This document shows, one piece after another, positions 39,409 through 52,739 of a DNA stretch of 64,000 nucleotides (the stretch's first letter is position 1; each line of letters opens with the position of its first letter). The position numbers and the translations under genes were made by a program. The notes under the pieces were generated by a model. That model saw nothing but the letters and a program-made list of their open reading frames with translations. It was not told the origin of the DNA and did no database searches. The stretch covers positions 8,060,001 through 8,124,000 of the forward strand of contig CP110439.1 of assembly GCA_026914245.1 (NCBI GenBank), written 5' to 3'. Origin of the DNA: Puccinia triticina (Eukaryota).

Positions 39409-40575
39409 TTAGTGTTCTCTTGCGGCAGTCAATTTCCTGGAGCTGATGGAACGCCCCAGAAGACTAGCTAGGGGTGTTGATTGGGACGATAGGTCGTTGG
39501 TAGCTTCGGCTGTGTCGACGTTTCGTCTGGTCAAAATAGCAGATTGTCAGACAGAAACAAAGTGGAGAAAGAATAGTAAAAAGACTGACTGTGAACTGGT
39601 CGGGGACGCGGATCCCAGATCGAACAGGGATATGGGTAGGGCGCTAGCGGCGCCGGTTACGGTGTTGGTCAGGCCTCCGAGAGGGCCGCCGAGGATGGGA
39701 ATAGCGACGAAGAGACCGGAAAGTGTGTTCTTGACGTTGTTGAGGGGGTTGCCTTGGAGGAGCGAGCTGATCGGCAGCGTCTTGAGGAGGTCACCGAGGA
39801 CCGGGGCGCTCTGGAGAGCACCCGTCAACGTCCCGAGGAGACCGGTCAGAGCACCAGGAGCGGCGAGCGCGTTCGTGGGCAAACTTGACAAAAGACCCGA
39901 GAGTGGAACTCCTACAACCGGAAGTGAGCCAGCGGTCGATGTAGCCGTTCCCAAAAGGGTAGCCAGCGGTGAATCTGATCCAAACCTCCCCGTCAGTCAC
40001 GAACATGAAACTGGGATCAGGATTGGATGTGGATGGATATACCTAATGGACTTCGCTTCTCCATCATCCTCTCGAAGTATCCCTCGGCCAGTCGTCGACG
40101 GAGAACAGCGATCTTCCGGGTGATCACTATTGGAGCTGGCCTGCTACCGAGGGATTTATATGGGCCTTTGAAGTGCATCGAGTTGACCCTCCTCTCCTTG
40201 AGGGAGCGTTTTTCACCGCCTCTACCGTTTTTGGCTGCTTTGCCTTCCTTGACAGAAGAGCCTTTCTCGACCGACTTGCCGACATGAGCTTTGGCCTTGT
40301 GGTGTGGCTTCCGGAACTTTCCGGCCTTTGCTAACTCGGCTCCGGTGGGCTTGAGTTTCTTCATCGATGTGAACATCTGGTGGCTCCCATGGGGCTGCCC
40401 GACAGACTTGATGGATGCCTCAGCTCCGGTATTCCTACTGCAAAAACACAAAGGACAGAGATCAGCAAAACGTTTTTCATAGGAGAAGTCATGGTACTTG
40501 CGTAGGAACTGGAGAGGAGGAGCTCAAGACGACGAGGTAGGACGCGACGAGGATCAAATTCAAGGGAAGCTGCAT
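39409..40575 (-). CDS. Secreted protein with basic pro-region and Leu/Gly/Ser/Thr-rich amphipathic domain, 4 exons
   Basis: Signal-peptide-like MQLPLNLILVASYLVVLSSS. Exons 40575-40502, 40437-40043, 39974-39590 and ~39526-39409 give one frame. Kex2-type KR sites (EKRSL, EKRSP). Confidence 0.75.
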
Positions 40576-42680
40576 GATGAAGGACGGAAAGGCGATGTAG
40601 AATTAAGCGAGGCTAGGTTTTGATACAGTTGCAAACTGAGATGATCCTAGGACGTGTTTATTAAGATTTCGCAATTGTAAGAGTTCAGCCTGCTGATGGG
40701 TATGATGATGGCGATAAGGATGACAGAGTAAAGAGGAAAGTTCGAAAGGGCAGATGAATTTGGAGGCTGAGATTTCGAAGAAAAGACCAGCTGTTTCTAC
40801 TTCTCTTTTGGTGATTTGAATGATGGGTGTTCAATGCTGGGAAGAAGACCCGAAGGGTGTGTCATTTATAGTCTCAAAAGTGACCTCAGTCATCAACTGC
40901 AAAGTATCAAGCTCCCCTCGAGTTGCGAGGGCCGACAGAGCCTAGTAGGAAAGTCGAGTAACGATTGTCAAAAGGGCGGGCCAGCCTACAGCCCTCCGGC
41001 CTGAGCTTTCCATATCGTTTTCCTGCCCTGGAGCCGTGGCTAGGTAGGACAGCCAGTCTTTGTCGAGATCTTTTCCAGCACGATATAATTTCAGGTCAGC
41101 ACGGTTGCGGACTATCCTGTTGCGCTGACGGGCTTGAATGGGATCCCGCTCTTAGGACCCATGCTTGGTTGTATGCACCTCCTCGATAGAGCAAGCACAC
41201 CCAAGTGACAGTCGAAGCTCAAACAGTATCATCCTTTCGGCAATACCAAATTGCAAAGATCAATTACAAAGCCATGTTACCAAATCAGGTCCGCTAAAAA
41301 AAGCGACTTGGCCTAGGTGGCTATCCGCTAAACAAGGCTGTAAGTTCAGCGAATACACAGGCGGTCTTGTCCGGAGAGTATCCGGCTCGCATGCTCTCTA
41401 GCTCGTATGCAATGGTGGCATTCTGCTCGAGGCATGGCACCATATTCTGTTGAAGGGGTTGTGTTTAACCGTTCGGGGAGTAAATAGCCCACTTTCCATG
41501 AAGGCCCGCCGGGCACAACGCTTCATTGAATTATGTATGTACGCCCGGTCGGAAGCCCATTTGGGGGCCCCAGGGATTTGAGCACATAGTTAGAAAGAGT
41601 TAGAACTGTCTATTTTGGCCAAGCTGCGCGTTGATGTCCCTTTGACGCTGCCGGCGCCTCAGTTTGTACATATTCGCATCAGCTTATAGTGCCCTTGACT
41701 GTGATGTTGAATATCAAAGTCCTTATCGGCGTGAAGTGCCCGCTCCCAGCCGCAACGGGGGTGGAGAGCGTCCCACCTCCGCAGGGACGCCGATAGGGAG
41801 GCTTTGATAAGCTAGACAAGCTTCAAGTCCTCTCCGACAACTTTCAGAGAAGTGCCTTTTATCTGCGCGCCGTGTGTGCTGTAGCCCAGAGGGTTACGCA
41901 CTCTGACACTCGCCGCAGTCGCGGTATCCATGTCATCCCGGACGGGACGAGAGTCCGGGCCGAGGCCTTGTCAATCCAAAGCTTAATTGTCACTCTTGTA
42001 ACCTTGTGTGTACTTATGTAGCTTGAGTTGGTCCGATGCAGTTTTGGGAAAACCTAAAAATCACCGGCCGGCTCCGAAGCTCGAAACGGCGGAGGCTCGG
42101 AGCTTTGTCAAGCGGTGCCGAGTGCAGTGCGGGTCCATTCACACCTGGACGCCGGGGAGGTCGCCGAGCCCGGAGCTCAGGCAGTGGTCCAGGGGAGGTC
42201 TTCTTAGAGTCTCCCACCCCGCCACGCTCTGACAAGCGCTGCTGCGGATCCGCTTGGGGTTCCTATCTGCGCCGCAGCGGATCTGCTCGAGATCTTTATG
42301 TCTAGTAGAGCTAGCACTGCTGACTGCTTACATGGGGAGAGCCCCGGAAGCCAGGGAGTGGCTTCCCAAGACTCTCGTGTGTGGGACGGGGGAAGGATGG
42401 TCCCCGATCTTTTGTGCTGAGTTCTCGCGACGCTTCTCCAGGTCTAAAGTCTCCCGGGAGGGGAGACCGGACCGGGAGAAGTCCCTGAGGGAGGAGAAAG
42501 CAGCGGACCGGATCCTTCCGGAGCAGAAAGCCCCCGGAGGGTGTGTGGGCGAAGGCGCTAGACCCATAACTCTGGCTCGGGGGAGCACAGAGCCGGGCGC
42601 CTGATTGGCTTCTGCTCCTGCCCCATACTAGGTGGCGAGGACTAGGTGTGATGGATTGCCAAATGACAATGGGTAGTGAA

Positions 42681-43748
42681 TCAGCCGGCCCAGGCTTGTA
42701 GTAGCTCCCGGAGGACCAATTTAGTGTCGGCCGACTCTTCGTCGGAGTACTCTCTGATGTAAAGTTTATAACAGTCTGAGTTCCAACGACCGAGCCAACG
42801 CAAGCCATCGTGGTTGACGCCGGCAGCGTGGAGGAAGGAGGTACCTCCAACCCTGAAGGAGTGGCCAGAGATCCCGGAGCATCCATTCTCGGTCCAGAAC
42901 TGATTCAAGGCCCGAACCGCAGTGGATTTGGTGATGTGGACTCTGGAGCCGGACTCCCAGTATCCGAAGAGAGAGGTGTCTTTCTCGGCAGCGTCCTTAA
43001 TCCTTCGTTCGAGGGCTAGGAGAGGGCAGATCATCATTCTCTTGGCTGCCACGTGGATTTCTTGAGTCTCGCCAGGACTGGCCGTTTTAGCTCCCCGGAC
43101 AGCAAGAGTCGCTCTTCTCAGGTGGTTGACCGTCTGGAAGCTGACGTCGCTGACCATTACGGATGCCGATTCTCGGAGAGGACCGGTCTTGTCGTTGTAG
43201 GTGAGCTCTCCTAGCCTCGCAAGTCCCCAGAAGGCGACGATAACTAAGTCGAGTAGAGCCTTTTGAAATTCAGAGCCCTTTATCCAAGCCGAGGTGAGCA
43301 TGACGAGATGGCGAATCATCACTGCTCCCTTTTTGGGCTTGGTAGATTGTTCTGCGTCGATATAGGCGGAGGATTTCAGGAGGACATTGACTTTGTTCTT
43401 GGTCTCGTAGGGGTACGGGGTGTCGTGCATTGTGTGCCACATTTGGAGGCCAGCCAGGTACTTTGCGAGAGTAACTGAGGAGACCTTGTGAGCCGCTTGG
43501 CATTCGAAAGTCCTTCCGGCCCAGCAACAGAAGTCATACACATCTTTGGCGGAGATCGGGATCTGGAAGGGGGTACGGTTCGTGCTCTCTGCAAATCTGA
43601 GGTACTTCTTAACGGCCGAGTTGTAGCAAGCTAACGTGTTCCATCGGTAACCTAGGAGGTAATGTTTGTCTTGCGTTGACAGATCTTGGGGGTGGGTGCC
43701 TCTTTTGGCGAGGGCTGTGAGTCCCGCCAGGCGATCAGGGGAAGTCAT
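42681..43748 (-). CDS. Tyrosine recombinase of the Ngaro-like element (intact ORF)
   Basis: FWGLARLGEL (catalytic R), AKT (K), SGHSFRVGG (HxxR) and LGRWNSDCYKLY (W, Y nucleophile). Confidence 0.92.
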   Translation of the reverse strand: MTSPDRLAGLTALAKRGTHPQDLSTQDKHYLLGYRWNTLACYNSAVKKYLRFAESTNRTPFQIPISAKDVYDFCCWAGRTFECQAAHKVSSVTLAKYLAGLQMWHTMHDTPYPYETKNKVNVLLKSSAYIDAEQSTKPKKGAVMIRHLVMLTSAWIKGSEFQKALLDLVIVAFWGLARLGELTYNDKTGPLRESASVMVSDVSFQTVNHLRRATLAVRGAKTASPGETQEIHVAAKRMMICPLLALERRIKDAAEKDTSLFGYWESGSRVHITKSTAVRALNQFWTENGCSGISGHSFRVGGTSFLHAAGVNHDGLRWLGRWNSDCYKLYIREYSDEESADTKLVLRELLQAWAG

Positions 43749-43879
43749 AGGAAGCGGCGCTAGTGCAGGCTCCTCTATGAAAGCGGAGGAAACTCAGAGC
43801 TGGGGGGGGCTTTTATTGCTGAGACATGGTGGGAGATAACAAATGGGAGAGTAGGGGGAAGCAAGGAACGGGGCGGAGA

Positions 43880-44640
43880 TTACACCTGATACAATCTGTA
43901 CTCTAGGTCCCATGGTACTACCACCGCTACCTGAAACTGTTGATTGTGTTTCGTTCTATCCCCTCGCAACAGAGCGTCTGCCGTGTTCTCCTCCGACGTG
44001 ACACGTCTCGAGACGATGTCTATCTCCATATCCACCAGCATCTTCTGAATGATTTTCCATTCATCGTTGACGGCGGGGTGTTTGGACTTCCGTTGGCGGA
44101 TTACTGTTTCTGTGGTGGTGTTATCCGTCCACACAATCAGTGTCTTCCCCGGTCGGATCTTCAACTCTTTTAGAACGAGGAGGCCAAGTCGTATCGCGAC
44201 GGTCTCGAGCCATGCAATGTCCCGTTTGGGTTTTGGTCCCTTATCCCAGTTTTGGGCTAGTTGGAATTGGGCCCACCTCTTGCCGATGAGGACGCCGATT
44301 CCGAAGCTGGTAGAGGCATCACCCACCCACCCAATTTCGATGGGGTCCGGGTTTTGTATCATCCGGGTTTCCTTGTATTGTAAAAGTGTTGACAGCCAGT
44401 ATTCTAGGTCGGTCCGGGCGTCCTTTGGGAGAGTGCGGTCCGTCCTTCGGTGGATCCATTCGTTCATCCAGCGATACAAGCTGTTGAGGTAGCATTGTAA
44501 CTGAGGTAGGATGTAAGAGACATGGTTCAAGCGCCCGGCTAGCTGTTCAACTTGCGCGTAAGTGAATTTGGCGCCGGGAACGAGGAAAGCCTTTACTTGT
44601 TGTACCCGTTGGTACTTTTTGTCGTCTGGGAGGCGGACGG
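43880..44640 (-). CDS. RT thumb and RNase H of the Ngaro-like element (3' part of the split pol)
   Basis: LAGRLNHVS, WVGDASTSFGIG, IAWLETVAI, WTDNTT and SEENTADAL give the DIRS-type RNase H D-E-D-D. Confidence 0.9.
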
Positions 44641-46217
44641 TGTAGGGACTCTTGTGGGACACTTAAATGTTTATTTGGTGAAAATATCCTCTGAGGGGGA
44701 AATAAATTGCTAATAGGTTGAAAGGCTATTACAACTTACGGGTGGTTTGAAAGACCTGCCCCTCTAATGGTACTATGCAAATAACTAAGAGTCTTGTAAT
44801 CAATATTTATAAAGATGTGGCTGATTCCAAGATAGATCTTACTTTTGTATAGTAATCTCTATCAGACCTAGATTCCTCAAATCACTATTCTTGCAGATCT
44901 GTTACAACTTCTGATGCTGGAGGGATAATGTAATCCAGTGGGATCAATTATGTAAAATACAATTGTTGTTGATGTTGGGTTGTTGATGAGAAGGTTGGTA
45001 ATGATCTCTTCCTTAAGCAATCTCTTGATAAGGCACTTTAATCAATACTAGAGCTCCTGGTTGCTACTACACTACTACTACTTGTTATAATTGTTGTTGA
45101 TGAAGTTGGTAATAATCTCTTCCTTAACAATCTCTTGATAAGGCACTTTAATTACTACTAGAGCTCCTGACTACTACTACTACTACTGACTCAAACTTAA
45201 CACTACCACTACCACTACCACTACCACTAAAATACCACTAAACTACCACTGTAACTAAACTAACCACTGTGACCAAACCTCTGTAGGCTGATGGGGAAAA
45301 GATCTGATGAGGGGGGGAAAGAGGCCTCCTTATATATTGAAGGGTGAGGGAATTTAGCTCCAGGGGAACTCCTTGTGAGGGCTATTTTCTGCAGGGGATA
45401 TCAGTTGCACAGCAAGATATGCATGTGTTGCACTGCCTGCCAAACAATTAGGTAATGGATTCTGCAGGAGGGGATATCAGTTGCACAGCAATATATGCAT
45501 GTGTTGCACTGCCTGCCAAAGAATGATGTAATTGATTCTGCAGGCAGGCTCCTTGAACACCTTATCTGCCTGCATATGCTGCACTGCATGATATCATGTG
45601 TTGCTAGGTGACCCAAACAACCTTCCGTAACCTACCATATGCCTGCATGTCCAGCTGTTGCCTTCTTCCATCCAGAATATTGGGGGTCAAAGCCTCTCCT
45701 CCCACCTTGCTCCATCCTTCCTTCTTCCTCCTCCCTAATTAATACTTACATCCATATCCCATCATACTGAATCCTAGACCCTTATAAAGTAATATACCAC
45801 CCTTATAAAGATAATATACCCTTACACAAGTAATATACCCTTATAACACTGCCTTACTTGATACACCACACCATCCTCCCTTCCATTCCTGGTTGAGACA
45901 TGTGCTCCCAATACCTTCCACCTCTTCTATTGATAACATCCTTCCACCTCCCTGCCATCCTACCTAGTCATGGTCCTCCATTCCATCCCTGATCACGCCG
46001 TCCATCCTACATGATCCTAGTCTGCCGTTCCGTCCGTGCTAACACTATCCCTCATCCATCTGTCTGTATCTGTAATGAATCCATTCCTCCCATCAACACA
46101 TACACTGCTTGTATTATATATAACTTCCTCCTCTTATAATGAATGATAGCTGTATCTATGCTGTCTCAATACCTCTGCAATGTGCTTTTGGCATTGTCAC
46201 GCCAATGGAGCACCACA
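44641..46217 (-). repeat. 3' LTR
   Basis: Near-identical to 52847-54423. Confidence 0.95.
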
Positions 46218-47214
46218 TCCCCCCCCAACTTAATGCTGTCCACAGCATTCGTGACAAATGCCAAAAGAACCATATTCAATTATTCACCAAAAGAATTGTC
46301 CAACAGTCGTGATTTCCGTTCTTCCCAATCTAATATTTCGAGTCCCATTTTTGCCGTGTCCAATAGTTATTTTCCTCCTATACCAAAGCGCCAGTTGAAA
46401 TAAGGTATTCTAAAATTAGTGATTCATCTCCCCTTCCTACAACTAGTCCAATTCCAAGTTCCAAATGTCTAAATTCACCACTACATCTTAACTGTAATCC
46501 CTGTTGTTGTTCTGTGACATCCATCCATGATCCAGTATAAGACAAAAAAAATCCCAATCCTATCTTTCTTCCTCTCCACACCAATGACATTGTTCCAAGG
46601 AAAAAGCCAGTTTATTCCGCAAAAGGTTGTTGAAAAGCAGTATTTAATAAGATCCGGCCTATTTCATCCTTCGCTCCTGATACCTGCTCAATATGATTCT
46701 ACAAATTTTTCCAGTCCTGATGCCCGCAATCGATGAACCCCGCTAATCCAAAATACTCTTATTTTGCCCTGTTGTTTTGCTATAAAATTCCAAGTCCTAT
46801 TCCACCCCATCCATTTCGCCCGCTAGTATCATCCGGTTCCAAACGTCCGTCCGTCCATTTTCCTATCCTTTGAATATCCCAATGATTGTAACCTCTAATG
46901 ACTGACTACTCTTCATACTAAAAAAAATGTAACTTGTTTTCAAATTGGCCCACCCTATTCCCTCAGCTAAACAAGGGAAACTGTTTGCCTACCAAATGCT
47001 TTCCAATATATTCTATATACTAAGTCTTGAAGTATAAAAATGCTTGAATTCCTATGCCTAAAACTGTCCATAATATTCTGTGGTCCTCCAATTTTGATCT
47101 GTAATTCCATATTGCGCTTGTTGTTGAATTTCCTGTTCATAGCCGTTTGAATTTCATGCTGAGGAGCCAAGTATACGTTTACACATAGCAATTTTATCTC
47201 TTGCTGAGGAGACA

Positions 47215-47490
47215 TGAGCAGTTTTGTCTCTTGCTGAGGAGAGAGTAGGCAGATTTACCTCTTACCAAGGAGGCCTAGGCAGTTATACCTCTTGCCAAGG
47301 AGGCCTAGGCAGTTTTACCTCTTGCCAAGGAGGCCTAAGCAGTTTTACCTCTTGCCAAGGAGGCCTAGGCAGTTTTACCTCTTGCCAAGGAGGCATGAGC
47401 AGTTTTGTCTCTTGCTGAGGAGAGAGTAGGCAGATTTACCTCTTACCAAGGAGGCCTAGGCAGTTTTACCTCTTGCCAAGGAGGCCTAGA
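47215..47490. repeat. 30-bp tandem repeat (about 9 units) in the LTR element's non-coding interior
   Basis: Variants of gcagttttacctcttgccaaggaggcctag, with a higher-order 181-bp repeat. Confidence 0.9.
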
Positions 47491-48826
47491 TAAATGTTGA
47501 AATCCATGCTCCACTATTGCCTGTTGAGATTGGTGATGTCCTGATACATATTTCTTGCGTGCCTTCGCGCGTCGCTTCCATTATGTCTTGATTACATAAT
47601 TGAAACTTGCCCCGCTGCGCCTGGTGCGCTTCCCGAAGCTAAGTCCGATTGTTACCGGACCTTGCCGGACTTGAAAACAAAGGCTCAGCCCGACTGCTTC
47701 AAGCTTGCCTGTCGATCGCCTCCCTTTCCTTGTTGGGTTCATTCAGGTTCATTCGCTGCTGGTAAGGTGTTTGTTCTCTGTTTCTCAATTTCTATCTGAT
47801 TTTGCATATATAATATATTAGCTGCTGATCATCGTTCTCCTTTCATTATAGACCACACTCGCACTCATTTTTCTACTCCAATCAGCAGGATTGGTTGCTA
47901 CTGCTCGCTCATGATATGCTCGTCTTCTCTTGCATGATGTGCCATTGCTGAAATGCATCTTTTCATACTTTTCCTGTCAAGACCTCAGTCCCGCTATTGA
48001 TCTCGCGAATGAATCACCTCCGCGGCTATCCGCTCGCCGATCTCCTTGTTTAATAACCCACCAACTTCAATCGGCCCGACCGTTTATTATGCTTGCTAGC
48101 TTCGCTGATGGTGCAAAGTATCGCCATCCTAATATCGCCGTTATTCTGACAAACTCGATATGCAGCTATCCAACCCGATCATTGTACGTATATCTCCATC
48201 TTCCTTGCAGCTTGCTCCCAGCCGTTCTACTCGCCAATCCTCTTACCGTTTCTTTTCTTATCCAGCTGCTTCCTTAGCCTGCGGTGCTCTCGTCGTCCCT
48301 CCGCCTACTAGCCGACACCATCACGCCTACAATCCATTCAACCTCGCGCTCTGATCTATCTACTCGCTTCCTTAAGCTATTGCCGACCTGCCTATTTTAC
48401 ATGAAAAAATTGGAGCCCAACAAAAGAAAGGATTGGACCGACATAAAAGCTAAAACTATATTCTGCTTGTACCGTTATCCTACTTATGTACCCTCATGTC
48501 AAGCAAATAGAAACAAACATAACAATCTATGAATTGTGTATTCAACCTATCACCTTTAACATCCTCTTTCTTGCTTCTAGTTTGAAATACATGGACTGTA
48601 CCAAAAAAAACCCATGAACAAAGTGCCCACGCGAAAAACTACTCTGAAAGAAGCCAAAAATAACTGACAAAACACATAAGATAAACACCACCAAAAAATG
48701 AAACTAAAAGCACAACCAACCTAAGGTTTCCTACTTATACATTTCTTCTAGTCAAAAGCGGACCCATCAAAAATACATTGTCTTCCACCATCTCTTTGTA
48801 CATTATTGCTATTCATGGAAAAGATC

Positions 48827-51800
48827 TCAACAGCTAAAAACTAAATCCTCCCATTCCTCCCAAAAGGTGGCATAAGCTTCTCCTAGCAGTTTTTGCTCCT
48901 CCCGTACGGCCCAACTAAATCCTTCCAAGCTAAATTTTCCGCAGGCACCAACCATCCTTGCTATTGCTCTGGCCAAGAATTCTTCCTCCTCTTTTTCTCT
49001 GTCTCTACATGAATCCCATAATCTTTGATTACTCAGATACTTGTAACCAATGTCACCCCCTGAATACAAATTTTTCCTGTCCTCTTCATGGATCCACCAA
49101 TGGCCTGGCCAAATCAACTCGTTCTTCAGATACCCTTCCACCCCATCACCATTCAACAACATCATGAAACCAATTCGCCCGGCTGTATACCCTGGAAGCT
49201 CCGCCCAATACCCGTTTGCCATTGACGGAAGTGTTTCTGGGTATATTCGTAAAAAGTCTTGGGTGGGAAACCCTTGATCTATATAATCCAATCCTAATGC
49301 ACTGTTCACCTTGTAGTTGCGTATTCGTCCTGATGAAGTATATGTGGGACAGTCTGTCCAACTAGTATCCCAATTCAGTACTTGGTCCAAGTTTTCTGTT
49401 ATCCATCCATCCTCAGGTTCCCCCTTAAGCTCGCCTGCTGGAGGTGCCGTAGTACTGCTAGGTTCAAGGTCCCAGGTATTTTTCAGCTCTACCATTTCCA
49501 CCGGCGTACCAAAATAATATGAAATATCATCTGAAGGGGTGTTTGGAGGGCACATTGTTTGTTGTAAATCCTCTTTTGGCTCTTTTCTAATAGACCAGGT
49601 GGTACACAATTGATTATTCTCTCCACCATTTATCCCCTTATCCGCTCCATTATAGGTTACGCTATCCGCTCCGTTGTTGGTTATGCCCTCTTCTCTGTTG
49701 CCTGTCCCGCTCGCCAGTCCACCATTGATTAAACTATCCGTTCCTCTGTCTGTTACGCTACCCGCTTGTCCGTCCGTTCCGCTATCCGCTCGTCCGTCCG
49801 TTCCGCTATCCGCTCGTCTGTCCGTTCCTGAAGTCTGATACCGGCCCACTTGAATACTATGAGAACATTTATCAGCAATCCTTCTAGGCGGTCCCATCTC
49901 CCATCCTGGAACTTCTGGAGCACAGATGGGTATACACAACCTCTCTCCATCCCACAACTCATAACTCAGGATTTCTCCTCGTGACTTGGACAACTCCAGA
50001 CGTACTTTGTGATCCGCCAAAAATGGTCTTCCCAACACTGTATACACTTTGCCTTGAACAATGAAGAAATTAGCCGCCTTGTTGTCCTCCAGGTCTATAT
50101 GAAATGGAATAGATTCTGCTAAGCCAACAATGGGTGAAGAATGACCGCCAATACCCGTAATATTCATACTGATTTCCCTGGTGGGCAGTTTTAACTGCAG
50201 CGCAACCGTTTCCGGCATAATATTCAGTTCAGCTCCACTATCCACTAATGCCTTAATTTTTCGTCCTTGAATAGTTATGTTCACAAATCCCAACGGGCAT
50301 GCGTAAGTCAAAGGTGCTGTTGGGTGAATTGGACGTCCTCTACAGTCAAATTCTTCCTCAAAGTCATTCCGGTTGCATCTTCCTGAATTCTGTTTTCGAT
50401 TTGCCATCTTGACCTCTCCTGCCGGCAGATTATTCAAGTCTTGGAGAAACTTTGGTGCAATTAGCAAGAGTTCCTCCAAGGTGAGTGTGAAACTTTGCTT
50501 CAGTATTTTCTTCCTTAATCCCCCCCCAACTTTGACTCTATCCACATTCTTCTCCGTTGATTCTTTTGCTGATTCCTCCTCTTTGCTTTCCGCTTCTTTC
50601 TCCGGTAGCCGCTCCTGTTCCTGGTTCTCCTTGCCTTCGCTGCTTCCGTCCTCCGATGTTCCTTCCACCCATGCTCCTGGATAACTTGACCTCCTCTTAC
50701 GTCCTGCTACTGGCTTTTTGTTGGCTTCTTGATTTGGCGCTGGGGGCTTAGGTATAGCTTCTTTGGGTTTTTCCACTTTCTCCGGTTTGGATTGAGTTGG
50801 CTGACTTTCTGTTTCTTTCTCCTTTTCTGCATTTCTAGGTGATCTTCTCAAGCCAAACCCAATCTGAATTTCCTCATCCTCCTCGCCGTAATGCATCTCT
50901 GGTGGACTCCACATCTCCCATCGGTTAGTCAAAATCATGGTTGCTGTTGGCTCATGCGATTTCTCCAATCCCGTGTTTCCTGCCGCCATATTAGCTCGTA
51001 TTTCCGCTCCTTCCCTGCTTAACTCAACCCGCTCCGCGTATCGCCGTACCAGTTCCTGAATAGAATCCCCTGTGTCCGATGGAATTGGTTCCTTGTTGGG
51101 ATAGTAATAGTTTGGACCTGACTTGAATACTGCCTGCTTGGTTATGTCTTCACTCAGATGTGAGCAAAACATGACTGTATGGTCCATCTCCTTACAATAA
51201 AAACACTGAATTGGTGGCCGTGAGAACAGTGGTCCTCCTGGTCCTGCCGGTCTAAATCCTGGTGCTGACTGTCTTGGTGCTGCTAAATGAGGTGGGAAAG
51301 GTCTAGAATTTGGGTTAGTATTCAAGTTAGTATTCAAATCCGTACGTAATTTCTTAATTTCCTCCTCCAATGCCTTTACCTTATCATTCCCCGCCTCTGG
51401 CTGGGGTTTTGCTTGACCTTCCTTGTTGTTTTCTGGATCCTTGCTGACATTCTTACCTTTTGTAGTACCCACATCCATATCCAATACCGCCAATGATGCC
51501 TCCACGTACTCCTTCAACTGTTCCAGCTTAGGTACCAGTGCCTTTCCGTCCTTGGTCTTGCGTAATTTCTTATTATGCGCCATATCACGTGCCACGTCTC
51601 GCCGTATCTCCGTTGAAATTGCCTTCCAAAGTGGTTCCCCACTCTCCGTGTTAACGTCCTTGTATCCCATCTTCTTCAAGTATTTCCTCAAGATCACCTA
51701 TAAACAACCGGTACTCCTCCTTTGTTTGGATGCCACCCTTGTCTGCATACTTTTCAACCAAGGTGCCTATTGAACCCTCATTGAATTGCCTTTTTGGTGT

Positions 51801-52739
51801 TGCCCTTCCCCATTTTCGAATGAGTTCCCTCTTCAGCAACTCCCAATCCCGGTTCTCATGGCCATCCATGTTCTCAATACATTCACTAATCTTCCGGTCC
51901 TTCACCAAGAATGGCAATTGTAAAGCCACATCTTGTCCACCAGCTTTTTGCATTGAAGCTATCTTTTCCACACGCTGAATGAACAACTCCACTTCAGTCC
52001 CATCAAAATGTAAGTTCATCTTCTTAGTATCTAGTAAAACACCCTTTTCCTCGTCCACTAACTTGATCTCAGCTCGTGATTTGAACTGACTAGAGTTTGG
52101 TGTTGATCCAGGTGTTTCCCCCACGCTATCTGTAATTCCTTGAATGGTGGTGTCCAAACCCACTGCCCCTGGTGTAAATGGAGTTGACGTTGTAAATCAA
52201 AGTGATGGTCCTTGTTGAACTGGAGTTTCAGGTATTGGTACATTTTGAGTTGAAGTTGTAAATCGAAGTGATGCTCCTTGTTGAACTGGAGTTTCAGGTA
52301 TTGGTACATTTTGTGGTGCCTTCTTCTCTGCTAGCCATGCTGCCATCATTTCCTTTAGCCCCTTCACTTCTTCAGTCAACCCAGTAATCCTTACTTGCTG
52401 TTCCTGAATGATTTCTGACTGATCTTGCCCTGGTGGATCCATGATGGGTAATTGCTGATATCCAATCAGTTGCTCTTCCAAATCTTCTGACTTCTTCCTG
52501 GTGACTTGATCACAATATTCACTAAGAAATTCTCTCTCTTGCTCCGTCAAATCCCCGTATTCCCACTCCCTGGTGTTGTAATCCAGACTTAAATCCAAAC
52601 CCCACCACGTACGCCAAATCCTATCCCGTCTTTCACTTGCTGATGATATCCTATCCTCGTCCCAATCCTCGCCGTCCACTCCTGAGATCCTGTTCTTGCC
52701 GTTATCCGTTCCTGAAATCCTGTCCTCGCCGCCGTCCAC
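48827..52739 (-). pseudogene. gag-protease polyprotein, disrupted by one stop and one frameshift
   Basis: Zn knuckle CFYCKEMDHTVMFC and aspartic protease ALVDSGAELNIM...VLGRPFL. TGA at 52197-52199 and a frame change near 51680. Confidence 0.85.

Noticed and set aside
42681..43748. Phage integrase or bacterial horizontal transfer
   Set aside because: The recombinase is colinear with DIRS-type RT and RNase H and belongs to the retrotransposon.
43749..43885. Third intron fusing RNase H to the recombinase (CAG|GTGTAA)
   Set aside because: The donor is weak and the nearest acceptor (ttcatag) gives an out-of-frame join.
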